A DNA stretch of 40,285 bases, taken from positions 1 to 40,285 of the IMG/VR virus record IMGVR_UViG_3300044858_003641. One strand, given 5' to 3'. Shown here one piece after another: positions 18,280 through 26,693 of the stretch; the first letter of the stretch is position 1; each line of letters begins with the position of its first letter. This stretch comes from a virus. Lineage: Duplodnaviria > Caudoviricetes. The translations under genes were made by a program, and so were the position numbers. The notes beneath the pieces are model-generated. The model worked only from the letters and a program-made list of their open reading frames with translations, made no database searches and had not been told where the DNA came from.

Positions 18280-19380
18280 TTAGGCTGTTTCGGTGATGGG
18301 GGTGAATTCAGACGGATCGACGGCCACGCTGATGGCGGGACGCTTGTCGGTAGCCGGCACGACGGCCGGACCACCGGACTTCTGGGTGATGTGCTGCTCG
18401 AGCCGTGCCCAGCGTTTGGGTTGATCCTTGAGCGACTTCTCCAACTGGGTGGGCGACATCAACTTGAACTGGTACATCTCGTCCTGGCGCAGGCGCATGG
18501 ACTTGAGCACGGTCTCGACCAGGGTCTCGTCGGCCCAGGCGCGGGAACCCTTCTTGCCCTCGACCAACTTGTAGCCGGGCAGGTCGTGACCGGCGAACAG
18601 GCGCCGCTCGGCCTCGGCGCGGATGGACTTGCACCAGTCCTCGATGAGGTCCAGGCGGCCGAGCAGGGTGGCAATGCGCGCATCGTCGGCGTCGGCCGGC
18701 GGTTGGGCGGACTCGAGATCCGCGGCGACGGAGGCTTGCAATGCCTTGCAGTTGGCCTTCTTCGCGCACCAGCGGCACTGCTTCTCGCCCGGCACCACCT
18801 CGGTGGCCGGCGTGATAGCCAGCACAAACTCGGCCAGCGCCTCGACCGGCAGCACCCATTCGCTGACGTGGTTGAGCGGAGGCTGGACGATGCGCATGCG
18901 GACGTGCGTGAAGTCGTAGAGCACGGCGAACTGATCGACGGCGGCCTGGGCGTACAGGGTCAACTGCTTGTTCTGCTCGGCGTCGACGCGCACGCCGCGG
19001 CCGGTCTTGAGGTCATCGACGACCATCTCGGTGTCGGCGATCGTGACGCGATCTGCGGTGCCGGTGGCGCCGTCCTCGCCGGTGAGGTGGCCAATCGGCA
19101 GGCACTGCTCGAGGAAAGTCTCGCCGGGCACGGCCGTGTCGAGGAAGGCCTGGGCGATCTCGACCATCTCGTCATCGACCTGGATGGCCTCGCCGTCGAC
19201 GTCGATGATGCGGCCGTGGTAGGCGGCGGCAGGCTTGCCGTCGGTGCCGGCCATGTGGGCGACGTCGTGGGTGGCCGTACCCTTGCGGGCGTACTTGCTG
19301 CCGGTGGGGTCGGATGCCCAGTCGGCGCAGGCGGACCAACCGTCGGCGCCAGAGGGGGAAAAGCGTGCGTGGTAGGCCAT
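18280..19380 (-). CDS. DUF2800 Cas4-like PD-(D/E)xK exonuclease
   Basis: HARFSPSGA..W..C, GTATH, GTAD..VDDLKTGRG, QLTLYA, CRWC..K.NC, PGYKLVEG. Confidence 0.88.
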   Translation of the reverse strand: MAYHARFSPSGADGWSACADWASDPTGSKYARKGTATHDVAHMAGTDGKPAAAYHGRIIDVDGEAIQVDDEMVEIAQAFLDTAVPGETFLEQCLPIGHLTGEDGATGTADRVTIADTEMVVDDLKTGRGVRVDAEQNKQLTLYAQAAVDQFAVLYDFTHVRMRIVQPPLNHVSEWVLPVEALAEFVLAITPATEVVPGEKQCRWCAKKANCKALQASVAADLESAQPPADADDARIATLLGRLDLIEDWCKSIRAEAERRLFAGHDLPGYKLVEGKKGSRAWADETLVETVLKSMRLRQDEMYQFKLMSPTQLEKSLKDQPKRWARLEQHITQKSGGPAVVPATDKRPAISVAVDPSEFTPITETA

Positions 19381-19382
19381 GA

Positions 19383-19802
19383 TCAGGCGGCCAGCCGGGT
19401 GGTGGCGGCGGCCAGGGCGTCGGCCAGCTTGTCGGCCGGCAGGTCGGCGCCCTTCTTCACGCCGAACGTGGCCAGCAGTTCGACCACGGCCGGGGCGCCC
19501 TTGGCGGCCAGCAACTTGGCCATGGTCGGGGCGACGTCGCGCTTGTACTCCATGGGGGCCGAGACCACCGGCGTGGCGGCGCCCGCCGCCGTGCTGCTCT
19601 CACCGGGGGCCGGGGTCTCGGTTTTCTGGGGCGTCGGCGCGGCGGCCTTCTCGATGACCTTAGTGGTCTCGGCCTTGGCGGCGACGACGTTGCTGCGGAT
19701 ACCGGCCAGCGCCTCGGCCAGTTGGGTAACGGCGCTGGTGGTGGCGCGCTGCTCGGTAATGAGGTCCGCGAACAGGTCGCAGAGTTGCTGGTGCTCAGAC
19801 AT
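19383..19802 (-). CDS. Hypothetical Ala/Pro-rich protein of the replication module
   Basis: AAGGAG RBS before MSEHQQL; C-terminal LLATFGVKKGADL typical of genes upstream of DUF2800. Confidence 0.75.
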   Translation of the reverse strand: MSEHQQLCDLFADLITEQRATTSAVTQLAEALAGIRSNVVAAKAETTKVIEKAAAPTPQKTETPAPGESSTAAGAATPVVSAPMEYKRDVAPTMAKLLAAKGAPAVVELLATFGVKKGADLPADKLADALAAATTRLAA

Positions 19803-19929
19803 AGTGGATCTCCTTGAGGGTGATGGCGATACAGATCGCATCGCAGGGGTGCGAAGCGAGGACGGTGATGTCGAGGCCGGCGCCACGGACGCGGTAGCTA
19901 CTGCCGGCGCGGATGGGGGTGGCGATCAC
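19795..19929 (-). CDS. Hypothetical 44-aa protein
   Basis: GTG start overlapping the upstream TGA, GGAGG RBS. Confidence 0.5.
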   Translation of the reverse strand: MIATPIRAGSSYRVRGAGLDITVLASHPCDAICIAITLKEIHYV

Positions 19930-20210
19930 GCTGCCTCCCCGGGGTGCCAGTAGGGCAGGTCGGCGATCAGTTCGACCTCGGCCAGCTTGTCGGCGACGAC
20001 CTGGTAATCGTCGCAACCGGTCTCCTCGGCCAGGTTGGCGAAGATCATCTTGACCGACGAGATCAGGTTGTAGGCGCCGCCGAACTGGAAGCGGCGGCCG
20101 TCGCCGAAGCTGTTGTTGCCGTCGTCGGTGGCGTAGGCTTTCAACGCTGCCTCGAATTCTTTTTCAGCAAGCTGGCGGCGCAGGTCGCGCTGGATTGAGA
20201 GGTCGGACAT
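19926..20210 (-). CDS. Hypothetical early protein (94 aa)
   Basis: Tight packing in the operon and phage-like codon usage. Confidence 0.7.
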   Translation of the reverse strand: MSDLSIQRDLRRQLAEKEFEAALKAYATDDGNNSFGDGRRFQFGGAYNLISSVKMIFANLAEETGCDDYQVVADKLAEVELIADLPYWHPGEAA

Positions 20211-20212
20211 GA

Positions 20213-20515
20213 TCAGAACCCCACCGTGATGATCATGTGGCGCACGGGGCTACCGCAGGACTTGCAGACGGCGACGTGGTGGCCGCCCTTGTGGATGTAG
20301 AAGTCGGAGTTGTCGGCGTTCCAGTCGCGCAGGCCTTCGTACATCAGGTCGAGCAGGTTGTCCTTGCCGGTGATGTTCTGGTCGAGGGCCAGGCCGATCA
20401 GGAACCGGGCGCGGTCGCTGAGTTGAATCATGTCGGCGTGCTGATCGTTCTCGATGTCGATAGCGATCTCGAAGGCGGTGGCCTGGTCACGGTCGATTTG
20501 GTTGGTGGTTTTCAT
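20213..20515 (-). CDS. Hypothetical first early protein (100 aa, C-terminal CxxC)
   Basis: GGAG RBS before MKTTNQ; first gene after the leftward promoter. Confidence 0.7.
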   Translation of the reverse strand: MKTTNQIDRDQATAFEIAIDIENDQHADMIQLSDRARFLIGLALDQNITGKDNLLDLMYEGLRDWNADNSDFYIHKGGHHVAVCKSCGSPVRHMIITVGF

Positions 20516-20571
20516 GGTTTCGGGTCTCCGGTTTCGTGGTTTCTGGTACAAGTGCTGCACCAACGCCACCA

Positions 20572-20600
20572 ATGCTACACAAGCAAAACAAGAAACGCAA
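20572..20600 (-). promoter_or_regulatory. Sigma70-type leftward early promoter (PL-like)
   Basis: TTGCGT-17 nt-TAGCAT on the minus strand; adjacent inverted repeat TACAAAGATTTGTA (20609-20622) may be an operator. Confidence 0.65.
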
Positions 20601-20633
20601 CAACTTTTTACAAAGATTTGTACGAATAGGCGT

Positions 20634-20658
20634 AAAAAAGCCGCAATCGCTTGCGGCT
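20634..20658 (-). terminator. Rho-independent terminator of the repressor transcript
   Basis: AGCCGCAA-GCGA-TTGCGGCT hairpin followed by a T run on the minus strand. Confidence 0.8.
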
Positions 20659-20687
20659 CAATGACTTACGTCAGAAAAATATTTTTG

Positions 20688-20843
20688 TCAGTTCGGTCTC
20701 AGATACCCGATGGTGATGTCCAGATGGGCGATCGCGTCGGCCAGCACTTCGATCTGCGTGTAGAGGATGACCAGCAGCGCGAGGCGGAAAGCCAGGCGCA
20801 GTGCGGGTTCGTTCTTCTCCAGCCAGTTATTCAATCGGTCCAT
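20688..20843 (-). CDS. 51-aa membrane peptide downstream of the repressor (not in ORF track)
   Basis: MDRLNNWLEKNEPALRLAFRLALLVILYTQIEVLADAIAHLDITIGYLRPN*; overlaps the repressor stop and ends before the terminator. Confidence 0.6.
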   Translation of the reverse strand: MDRLNNWLEKNEPALRLAFRLALLVILYTQIEVLADAIAHLDITIGYLRPN

Positions 20844-21501
20844 ATTCCAGGTCCGCCACCAGCGCCGCGGCGGCGATCGGGTCGGGCAGGGTGTAGATGG
20901 TGATGCCGTGGGCTGCCGCCGCCGATTGCAGTCTGGCGTGGCCCCAGCGCCCGCTCGGATGCGGGCCGATCAGCAGCAGGGCGTAGGCCTCGCGCAGGGT
21001 CTGCTGCTGGGTGTGGATGGCGCGCACGGTGGATAGGCAGAACAGGGCGTGCTCGATCGAGTAGCTGATCGAACTCTCCAGCCGGCCGACGTGCAGCACC
21101 TTGATCTCGGCGCAGACCTTGGGCGACAGGTAGTCCGGCCGCCAGTGGAAACCGGCGAACGGGATCGTCACCCGGGAGTGGCCGCGCAACTGTTCGGGCA
21201 GGGCGTCGAAGAACTCCTGCTCAAGTTCCTGCAATTCGGTGCGCGCCTTGTCCAGCCCGAAGAACATGGGGCGTTTGACCTCGACTGGCGGCACGTCCGC
21301 AGCGTGCTCATGGTAGCCGGCCAGGTAGGCGCGAAGCTGCGACAAGCGCCCGCCACGGGGCGGCTTGCCACCCTCCCAGTTGCTGATGGTCTGCTGCGTC
21401 ACGCCCAGCGCCTTGGCCACCTGCTTCTGGTCAATCCTTTTCTCGGTGCGCCAGGTCAGCAGGCGGGCGCCGATGTCCTCGTTGTCGTCTTGTGGGGGCA
21501 T
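20827..21501 (-). CDS. CI-like XRE HTH repressor with atypical C-terminal domain
   Basis: IGARL..WR..IDQKQVAKALGVTQQTISNWEGG HTH; divergent from a Cro-like gene; C-terminal RPDYL...AEIK. Confidence 0.85.
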   Translation of the reverse strand: MPPQDDNEDIGARLLTWRTEKRIDQKQVAKALGVTQQTISNWEGGKPPRGGRLSQLRAYLAGYHEHAADVPPVEVKRPMFFGLDKARTELQELEQEFFDALPEQLRGHSRVTIPFAGFHWRPDYLSPKVCAEIKVLHVGRLESSISYSIEHALFCLSTVRAIHTQQQTLREAYALLLIGPHPSGRWGHARLQSAAAAHGITIYTLPDPIAAAALVADLEYGPIE

Positions 21502-21638
21502 TCCTACTCCACAAGTAATAGGTTGTTATCACAGTATGGTACATAAATCGAAGAATACAAGGGGGAAATGAAGAAACACTTGTGCAGTACAAATTGTTCG
21601 GTACAATTGGCACAATTTTTCGCACAAGGGGAAGCACG
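21502..21638. promoter_or_regulatory. Lysis/lysogeny switch region with divergent promoters
   Basis: AT-rich. Rightward TTGTGC-16-TACAAT (21580-21607); leftward TTGTAT at 21560-21555 with TACTGT/CATACT near 21531-21538; many ACAA/TTGT half-sites. Confidence 0.65.
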
Positions 21639-21884
21639 ATGGGCAATAACCAGGTTGAGGTCACCGAGGTGGTGACCGGGGTCGAGGCGGCAGTCCGCGC
21701 TATGGGCAGTCAGGCGGCGCTGGCCAGCAAGCTGCGGATCAAGCAGCAGGCCGTGAGTCTGTGGGTCAAGCGGGGCTATGTGCCCGAGCGGCACGTTGAT
21801 CAGATTGCCCTGATGACCAGGGTGCCGACGTCGGCGCTGATGCGGCCGGCGACTGTGAGGCGGGCACGCGACGGGTCGGTCTGA
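21639..21884 (+). CDS. Cro/YdaS-like HTH regulator
   Basis: AVRAMGSQAALASKL.IKQQAVSLWV.RG.VP...LMRP pattern. Confidence 0.85.
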   Translation: MGNNQVEVTEVVTGVEAAVRAMGSQAALASKLRIKQQAVSLWVKRGYVPERHVDQIALMTRVPTSALMRPATVRRARDGSV

Positions 21885-24013
21885 TGATGGCCACCAACGT
21901 GATCGAGATCTACCGCGCCCCGGTGGCCCTGCCGGCCGAGATCAAGGCGCTGAAGGGGTGGGTGCTGTGGAAGCTGGAGCAGCACCCGGGCGAGCGCAAG
22001 CCACGCAAGGTGCCGTATTACATCGACGGCCGGCGCCGCCAGGGCGCGCAGGGCAGTGAGGCAGACCGCGAGGCGCTGGCAACCTTCGACCGGGCCTGTC
22101 TGGCCTGCTCCAAGGGGGGATGGTCTGGGATCGGGCTGGCCACGCTGCCCGAGTTCGGCGTCGTCGCCGTCGATTGGGACTCCGTCATCACCGACGGCGA
22201 CCTGCATCCCGAGGTGGCGGCGCTGGTCGCAACGACCTATAGCGAGATCTCGCCGTCGGGTCGCGGCGTGCGGGCGTTCTTTACCGGCACGGTGCCGGGC
22301 AACCGCAAGGACAACGCCGGCTCGCCGCAAGTGGAGTTCTTCACCAGTCGCGGGTTCGTCACCGTCACCGGCGTGGTGACCCCGGTCTGCGAGATGCTGG
22401 GCCTCGAGGAGACCATTGACCACGTCACGCCCGAGATCAATGCGCTGTTCATTGCCCGGTTCGGCGCCACGCGCACGGCGCCGGCCGCGCGGGAGGACAT
22501 CGACGCCCGCCAGGTGCGCGAGATGCTGGACAAGATGGACCCCGACCCGGCGCACGACGTCTGGTTCCGCGTTGGCCTGGGCCTGCACCACCAGTTCGGT
22601 GCCGAGGGGTTTCAACTGTGGAACGAATGGTCGGCCCGCGGCAAGGGATACCCCGGCGAGCGGGTGCTCCAGCAGCGGTGGCGCAGCATCCGCAACGACG
22701 ACGCCAACCCCGTCACCATCGGCACGGTGCGCCAGTACGCGCGCGATGCTGGGTGGCAGGAGGACTATTCGTCGGAGTTCAGTCCTATCGTGGTGGAGGA
22801 CGGCGCGCCCGCGGCGGCGCCATTCCCGTCGATGACCAGGGACAAGCAGGGGCGCATCGAGGTGACGGTCGACAACCTCAACAAGGCGCTGCGCCACGTC
22901 GGCATTGCCGGCATGACTCTGGGGTTCGACGCCTTCCGCGACGAGATCATGTTCAGCCTCGACGCCGGCACCAACTGGGCGCCGTTCAAGGATACCGACT
23001 ACATCACGCTGCACGTCCGCCTCGAGCGCACCGGGTTCAAGACCATTAGCGACGACCGTTTGCGCAAGGTGGTGGCCAGGGTGGCCGAGGACAATCGGTT
23101 CGACAGTGCCCAGCAGTGGTTGGGTGCGCTGCGTTGGGACGGCACGCCGCGGGTGGATACGTTCTTCAGCCGGTACTTCAAGGCGACCGACACGACCTAC
23201 GTCAGGGCCGTCAGCGCCTACACCTGGACCGCCATGGCCGGACGGGTACTCGATCCCGGATGCCAAGCAGACATGGTGCCAGTGCTGGTCGGCGACCAGG
23301 GCTTGCGCAAGAGCACCGGGGTCAAGGCCATGGCGCCGGCCGTGGAGTTCTTCTGCGAGATCAGTCTGGGCGACAAGGAGGATGACCTTAGTCGCAAGAT
23401 GCGCGGCACGCTGATCGCCGAGATCGGGGAACTGCGCGGCCTGCACTCCAAAGAGATTGAGCACATCAAGCAGTTCGTCACCCGCACGCATGAAGTCTGG
23501 ACCCCGAAGTTCAAGGAGTTCAAGACCTCATTCGCCCGGCGACTGGTCTTCATTGGCACCACCAACCAGTCGGAGTTTCTCGCCGACGAGACCGGCAACC
23601 GGCGCTGGTTGCCCCTCGAGGTGAATGGGGTGGGTGTCGAGGCGATCGCCGCCGACCGGGCTCAACTATGGGCCGAGGCCAGGGACCGTTTTCTGCTCGA
23701 CGGTGTGGCATGGAGTGATGCCGAGCGGTTGGGTAGGGATCAGCATCAGGGGCACATGATCAGCGATTCGTGGGAACCGATCATCCGTCAGTGGCTCGAC
23801 CAGGTCGGCGCCGACGGCCTCAAAAACAGTGCTCGCAGTTTTTTGCGACTGCATGACGTGATGCAAATGGCGCTGAATATCGATGTGAAACATTTTGCAA
23901 GACGCGATGAATTACGAGTCGGAAGGGTGCTGCGCGCAATCGGCTACGAGTCAAAGGTGGTGCGCGACGGCCAGGGGATGTTTAAGGCGTGGATGCAAAA
24001 AGTTCCGTTCTAA
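21884..24013 (+). CDS. Primase-polymerase / PriCT-2 / VapE (VirE)-type helicase
   Basis: AEP-like WVLWK..KVPY, VAVDWD, YSEISPSGRG; PriCT-2 WFRVGLGLH..WNEWS..Y; Walker A GDQGLRKST, FIGTTN, DETGNRRW. Confidence 0.92.
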   Translation: MMATNVIEIYRAPVALPAEIKALKGWVLWKLEQHPGERKPRKVPYYIDGRRRQGAQGSEADREALATFDRACLACSKGGWSGIGLATLPEFGVVAVDWDSVITDGDLHPEVAALVATTYSEISPSGRGVRAFFTGTVPGNRKDNAGSPQVEFFTSRGFVTVTGVVTPVCEMLGLEETIDHVTPEINALFIARFGATRTAPAAREDIDARQVREMLDKMDPDPAHDVWFRVGLGLHHQFGAEGFQLWNEWSARGKGYPGERVLQQRWRSIRNDDANPVTIGTVRQYARDAGWQEDYSSEFSPIVVEDGAPAAAPFPSMTRDKQGRIEVTVDNLNKALRHVGIAGMTLGFDAFRDEIMFSLDAGTNWAPFKDTDYITLHVRLERTGFKTISDDRLRKVVARVAEDNRFDSAQQWLGALRWDGTPRVDTFFSRYFKATDTTYVRAVSAYTWTAMAGRVLDPGCQADMVPVLVGDQGLRKSTGVKAMAPAVEFFCEISLGDKEDDLSRKMRGTLIAEIGELRGLHSKEIEHIKQFVTRTHEVWTPKFKEFKTSFARRLVFIGTTNQSEFLADETGNRRWLPLEVNGVGVEAIAADRAQLWAEARDRFLLDGVAWSDAERLGRDQHQGHMISDSWEPIIRQWLDQVGADGLKNSARSFLRLHDVMQMALNIDVKHFARRDELRVGRVLRAIGYESKVVRDGQGMFKAWMQKVPF

Positions 24014-24018
24014 AAGAA

Positions 24019-24183
24019 GGGTTACAGGGTAACAGATGGGTAACGCTAGAGGCCTTGTGCCACAAGGGTTGTAACCCTGTAACCCTTGTTACCCTTGTTC
24101 TCCTAAATAGTACAGAAATGACTATATAGGGAGATTTTGGAAGGAATAGAAAGTTACCTATCTTTTGGGTAACAAGGGTAACT
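24019..24183. repeat. Iteron-like repeat cluster, putative replication origin
   Basis: GGGT(A/T)AC copies at 24019, 24027, 24038, 24167, 24176 (+) and 24070, 24078, 24087 (-), plus a partial copy at 24152; central palindrome CCTTGTG-C-CACAAGG (24053-24067); AT-rich tract. Confidence 0.7.
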
Positions 24184-24208
24184 GCAATTTATTGCGAGGA
24201 CTGGTCAG

Positions 24209-24451
24209 ATGGCAGAGAAAAAGTGGCTGGCGCTTAACGGATTGGGTCGGAGGATCGGCGAAGACCACCAACGTGCAAAATTTAGCAACCAGACAATCGA
24301 CCTATTGCTCGACTTGCGAGACCGCGGGTGGTCCTATACCAAGCTGTCTCGCAAGTTCGGAATATCGCGATCGCATGTGCGCTACATCTGCCTGGGCAGA
24401 TTGCGGTGCCAGACCGTCGAGGGGTTCCGTGCGGCGAAGGTGTGCGTTTAA
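24209..24451 (+). CDS. Small HTH DNA-binding protein, candidate late activator
   Basis: GEDHQRAKFS..GWSYTKLSRKFGISRSHVRYICLG; AGGA RBS; lies just before the terminase. Confidence 0.75.
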   Translation: MAEKKWLALNGLGRRIGEDHQRAKFSNQTIDLLLDLRDRGWSYTKLSRKFGISRSHVRYICLGRLRCQTVEGFRAAKVCV

Positions 24452-24473
24452 CCCTGGGCTTGTGCGGCAGGAT
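24442..24473 (+). promoter_or_regulatory. Putative late promoter, copy 2 (terminase)
   Basis: GTGCGTTTAA, 16 nt, CAGGAT (24468-24473); terS ATG at 24481. Confidence 0.7.
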
Positions 24474-24480
24474 GCGAGGC

Positions 24481-24927
24481 ATGGACAACAAGCCCCAACT
24501 CAAGGACGAGATCTGCGATCGCCTGGCAAAGGGTGAGCCGCTGCGGCAGATATGCCGCGATGAGCACATGCCGTCGTGGCGAACGGTCTATGACTGGATC
24601 AACGCCGATGAGGAGTTTGCCTCACGCATCACGCGAGCGAGGGATCTGGGGTTCGATGCCATTGCTGAGGAGTGCTTCGACATTGCCGACAATGCGACCA
24701 ACGACTGGATGGAGCGGCGGGACAAGGATGACGTGCCGGCCGGCTATGTGCTGAACGGCGACCATGTCCAGCGATCCAAGCTGCGCATTGAAACCCGGCT
24801 CAAGTTGCTGGCGAAGTGGAACCCGAAGAAGTACGGTGACCGGCAGGACATCAACCTGACCGGCAAGCTGGAGGTCGCTGACGCGATCGTGGCAGCGCGC
24901 AAGCGTGCTGGACAAAACACACCCTGA
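24481..24927 (+). CDS. Terminase small subunit
   Basis: EICDRLAKGEPLRQICRDEHMPS..TVYDW...RSKLRIETRLKLLAKWNPKKYGD (Sf6-like TerS). Confidence 0.9.
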   Translation: MDNKPQLKDEICDRLAKGEPLRQICRDEHMPSWRTVYDWINADEEFASRITRARDLGFDAIAEECFDIADNATNDWMERRDKDDVPAGYVLNGDHVQRSKLRIETRLKLLAKWNPKKYGDRQDINLTGKLEVADAIVAARKRAGQNTP

Positions 24928-26455
24928 CCTGCTGCTGGCCCAGGACATGGGCGCGTTCTTCGACGACCCGCTCGGGTTCGTGATGTACGCCTATGACTGG
25001 GACAACGACCCGGCGCTGCGCGTGGTCAAGCTTCCGGAACCCTACGATTCGATTTACGACTGCGAATACGGTCCAGACCGCTGGGCCTGCGATTTCCTGA
25101 TGGAGATAGGGCGCGGAGTACGGGAGCGCGGTTTCGACGGCGCCAAGGCCGTACAGGCACTGCGCATGGCCACGTCCAGCGGTCACGGGATCGGCAAGTC
25201 CGCCATCACGGCCTGGCTTGTCGATTGGATCATGAGCACCCGGCCGCATTGCAAGGGCGTGGTGACGGCCAACACGGCCGAGCAGTTGGCATCGAAGACC
25301 TGGGCGGAAATTGCGAAATGGACAAAGCGATGCATCACCGGGCACTGGTTTGAGATCACCACCGGCAAGGGCGCCATGCGCATGGTGCATAAGCAGTACC
25401 CGGAATCCTGGCGCTGCGATGCGCAGACCTGCCGGGAGGAGAACAGCGAGTCGTTCGCCGGCCTGCACGCCGCCTCAAGCACTCCGTTCTACATCTTCGA
25501 CGAAGCGTCGGCCGTGCCGGACTCGATCTGGGAGGTGGCCGAGGGCGGCATGACCGACGGCGAGCCGATGTGGTTCGTGTTCGGCAACCCGACCAGGAAC
25601 ACCGGCAAGTTCTACGAATGCTTCAACCGCCAGCGCCATCGGTGGAGCACGCGCCTGATCGACTCGCGCACGGTGCAGATCACCAACAAGGGCACGATCG
25701 CAGACTGGGTCACCGACTACGGCGAGGACAGCGACTTCGTGCGGGTTCGCGTGCGCGGTGTGTTCCCGAGGGCATCCAGCCTGCAATTCATCCCTCGCGA
25801 CCTGGTGGATGTCGCCATGCTGCGCGAACTGGGCAATGAGCGGCAGGTCGGTCGCACGGCCGCGGTCGGCGTGGATGTGGCCAGGTTTGGTGATGACCAG
25901 TCGGTGATCCGCACCCGCATTGGGCGCGATGCGCGATCGATCTCGGCGCTGAAGTTCCGCGAACTCGACACCATGCAACTCGCCGGCCGGGTGGCCGAGC
26001 ACGTCGAGTATCTCAAGTCGCTGGGGCTTGCCGTGGTGGTGTTCGTCGATGGTGGTGGCGTCGGTGGTGGCGTGGTCGATCGCCTGCGGCAACTCGACTA
26101 TGAGGTGATCGAGGTGCAGTTCGGCGGCCGCGCCGACGACGCCCGCAAGTACGCCAACAAGCGGGCCGAGATGTGGGGAAGGATGAAGGACTGGCTGGCG
26201 ATCGGCATGCTGCCGGAAGACCCGGCGCTGGCCACCGACCTGACCGGTGTGGAGTACGGATTCACACCCGGCGACCAGGTGCTGCTCGAGCGCAAGGAGC
26301 GGATGCGCGAGCGGGGCATGGCCTCGCCGGACGACGGGGATGCCTTGGCGCTGACCTTTGCTCAACCCATCAACGACGTGCTGCCGGCCGACGCGCCTGG
26401 CCGCCGTGCGTTTAACGACAACCGCCGCTCCTATGATCCGTTTGCCACAGTCTAG
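24905..26455 (+). CDS. Terminase large subunit
   Basis: Walker A SGHGIGKS, Walker B IFDEAS, FGNPTR, nuclease GVDVARFGDD, SPDDGDALALTF. Confidence 0.95.
   Translation: MLDKTHPDLLLAQDMGAFFDDPLGFVMYAYDWDNDPALRVVKLPEPYDSIYDCEYGPDRWACDFLMEIGRGVRERGFDGAKAVQALRMATSSGHGIGKSAITAWLVDWIMSTRPHCKGVVTANTAEQLASKTWAEIAKWTKRCITGHWFEITTGKGAMRMVHKQYPESWRCDAQTCREENSESFAGLHAASSTPFYIFDEASAVPDSIWEVAEGGMTDGEPMWFVFGNPTRNTGKFYECFNRQRHRWSTRLIDSRTVQITNKGTIADWVTDYGEDSDFVRVRVRGVFPRASSLQFIPRDLVDVAMLRELGNERQVGRTAAVGVDVARFGDDQSVIRTRIGRDARSISALKFRELDTMQLAGRVAEHVEYLKSLGLAVVVFVDGGGVGGGVVDRLRQLDYEVIEVQFGGRADDARKYANKRAEMWGRMKDWLAIGMLPEDPALATDLTGVEYGFTPGDQVLLERKERMRERGMASPDDGDALALTFAQPINDVLPADAPGRRAFNDNRRSYDPFATV
26406..26437 (+). 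promoter_or_regulatory. Putative late promoter, copy 3 (portal operon), inside the terL 3' end
   Basis: GTGCGTTTAA, 16 nt, TATGAT (26432-26437). Confidence 0.75.
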
Positions 26456-26464
26456 GAGCGCGCC

Positions 26465-26692
26465 ATGTGCTTTTTCTCATCCCCTTCAATGCCGGCCGTG
26501 TCGGCGCCACCCGCAATCGAACCCCCCAAGCAGGCTGAGAAGGCGCCGGGGTCCGACGTATTGCGCGCCAAGAACAAGACCCGCATGTCCGGTGGGATGG
26601 ATGGCGGCACCAACACCACCTTCTTGACCGGCCCGACAGGCGTCGATCCGAACGCCCTGGCGCTGGGCAAGACCACTCTGCTGGGGCAGTAG
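26465..26692 (+). CDS. Small virion protein preceding the portal
   Basis: MC..P..P N-terminus and TFLTG..G...KTTLLGQ C-terminus, typical of T7 gp7.3-position genes. Confidence 0.75.
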   Translation: MCFFSSPSMPAVSAPPAIEPPKQAEKAPGSDVLRAKNKTRMSGGMDGGTNTTFLTGPTGVDPNALALGKTTLLGQ

Positions 26693-26693
26693 G

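Noticed and set aside
18280-19380. Cas4-like nuclease as evidence of CRISPR-Cas
   Set aside because: DUF2800 is a normal phage replication/recombination gene; no repeat-spacer array or other cas genes seen
24019-24183. Repeat cluster as a mini-CRISPR array
   Set aside because: Units are 7-8 bp, in both orientations, without regular spacers
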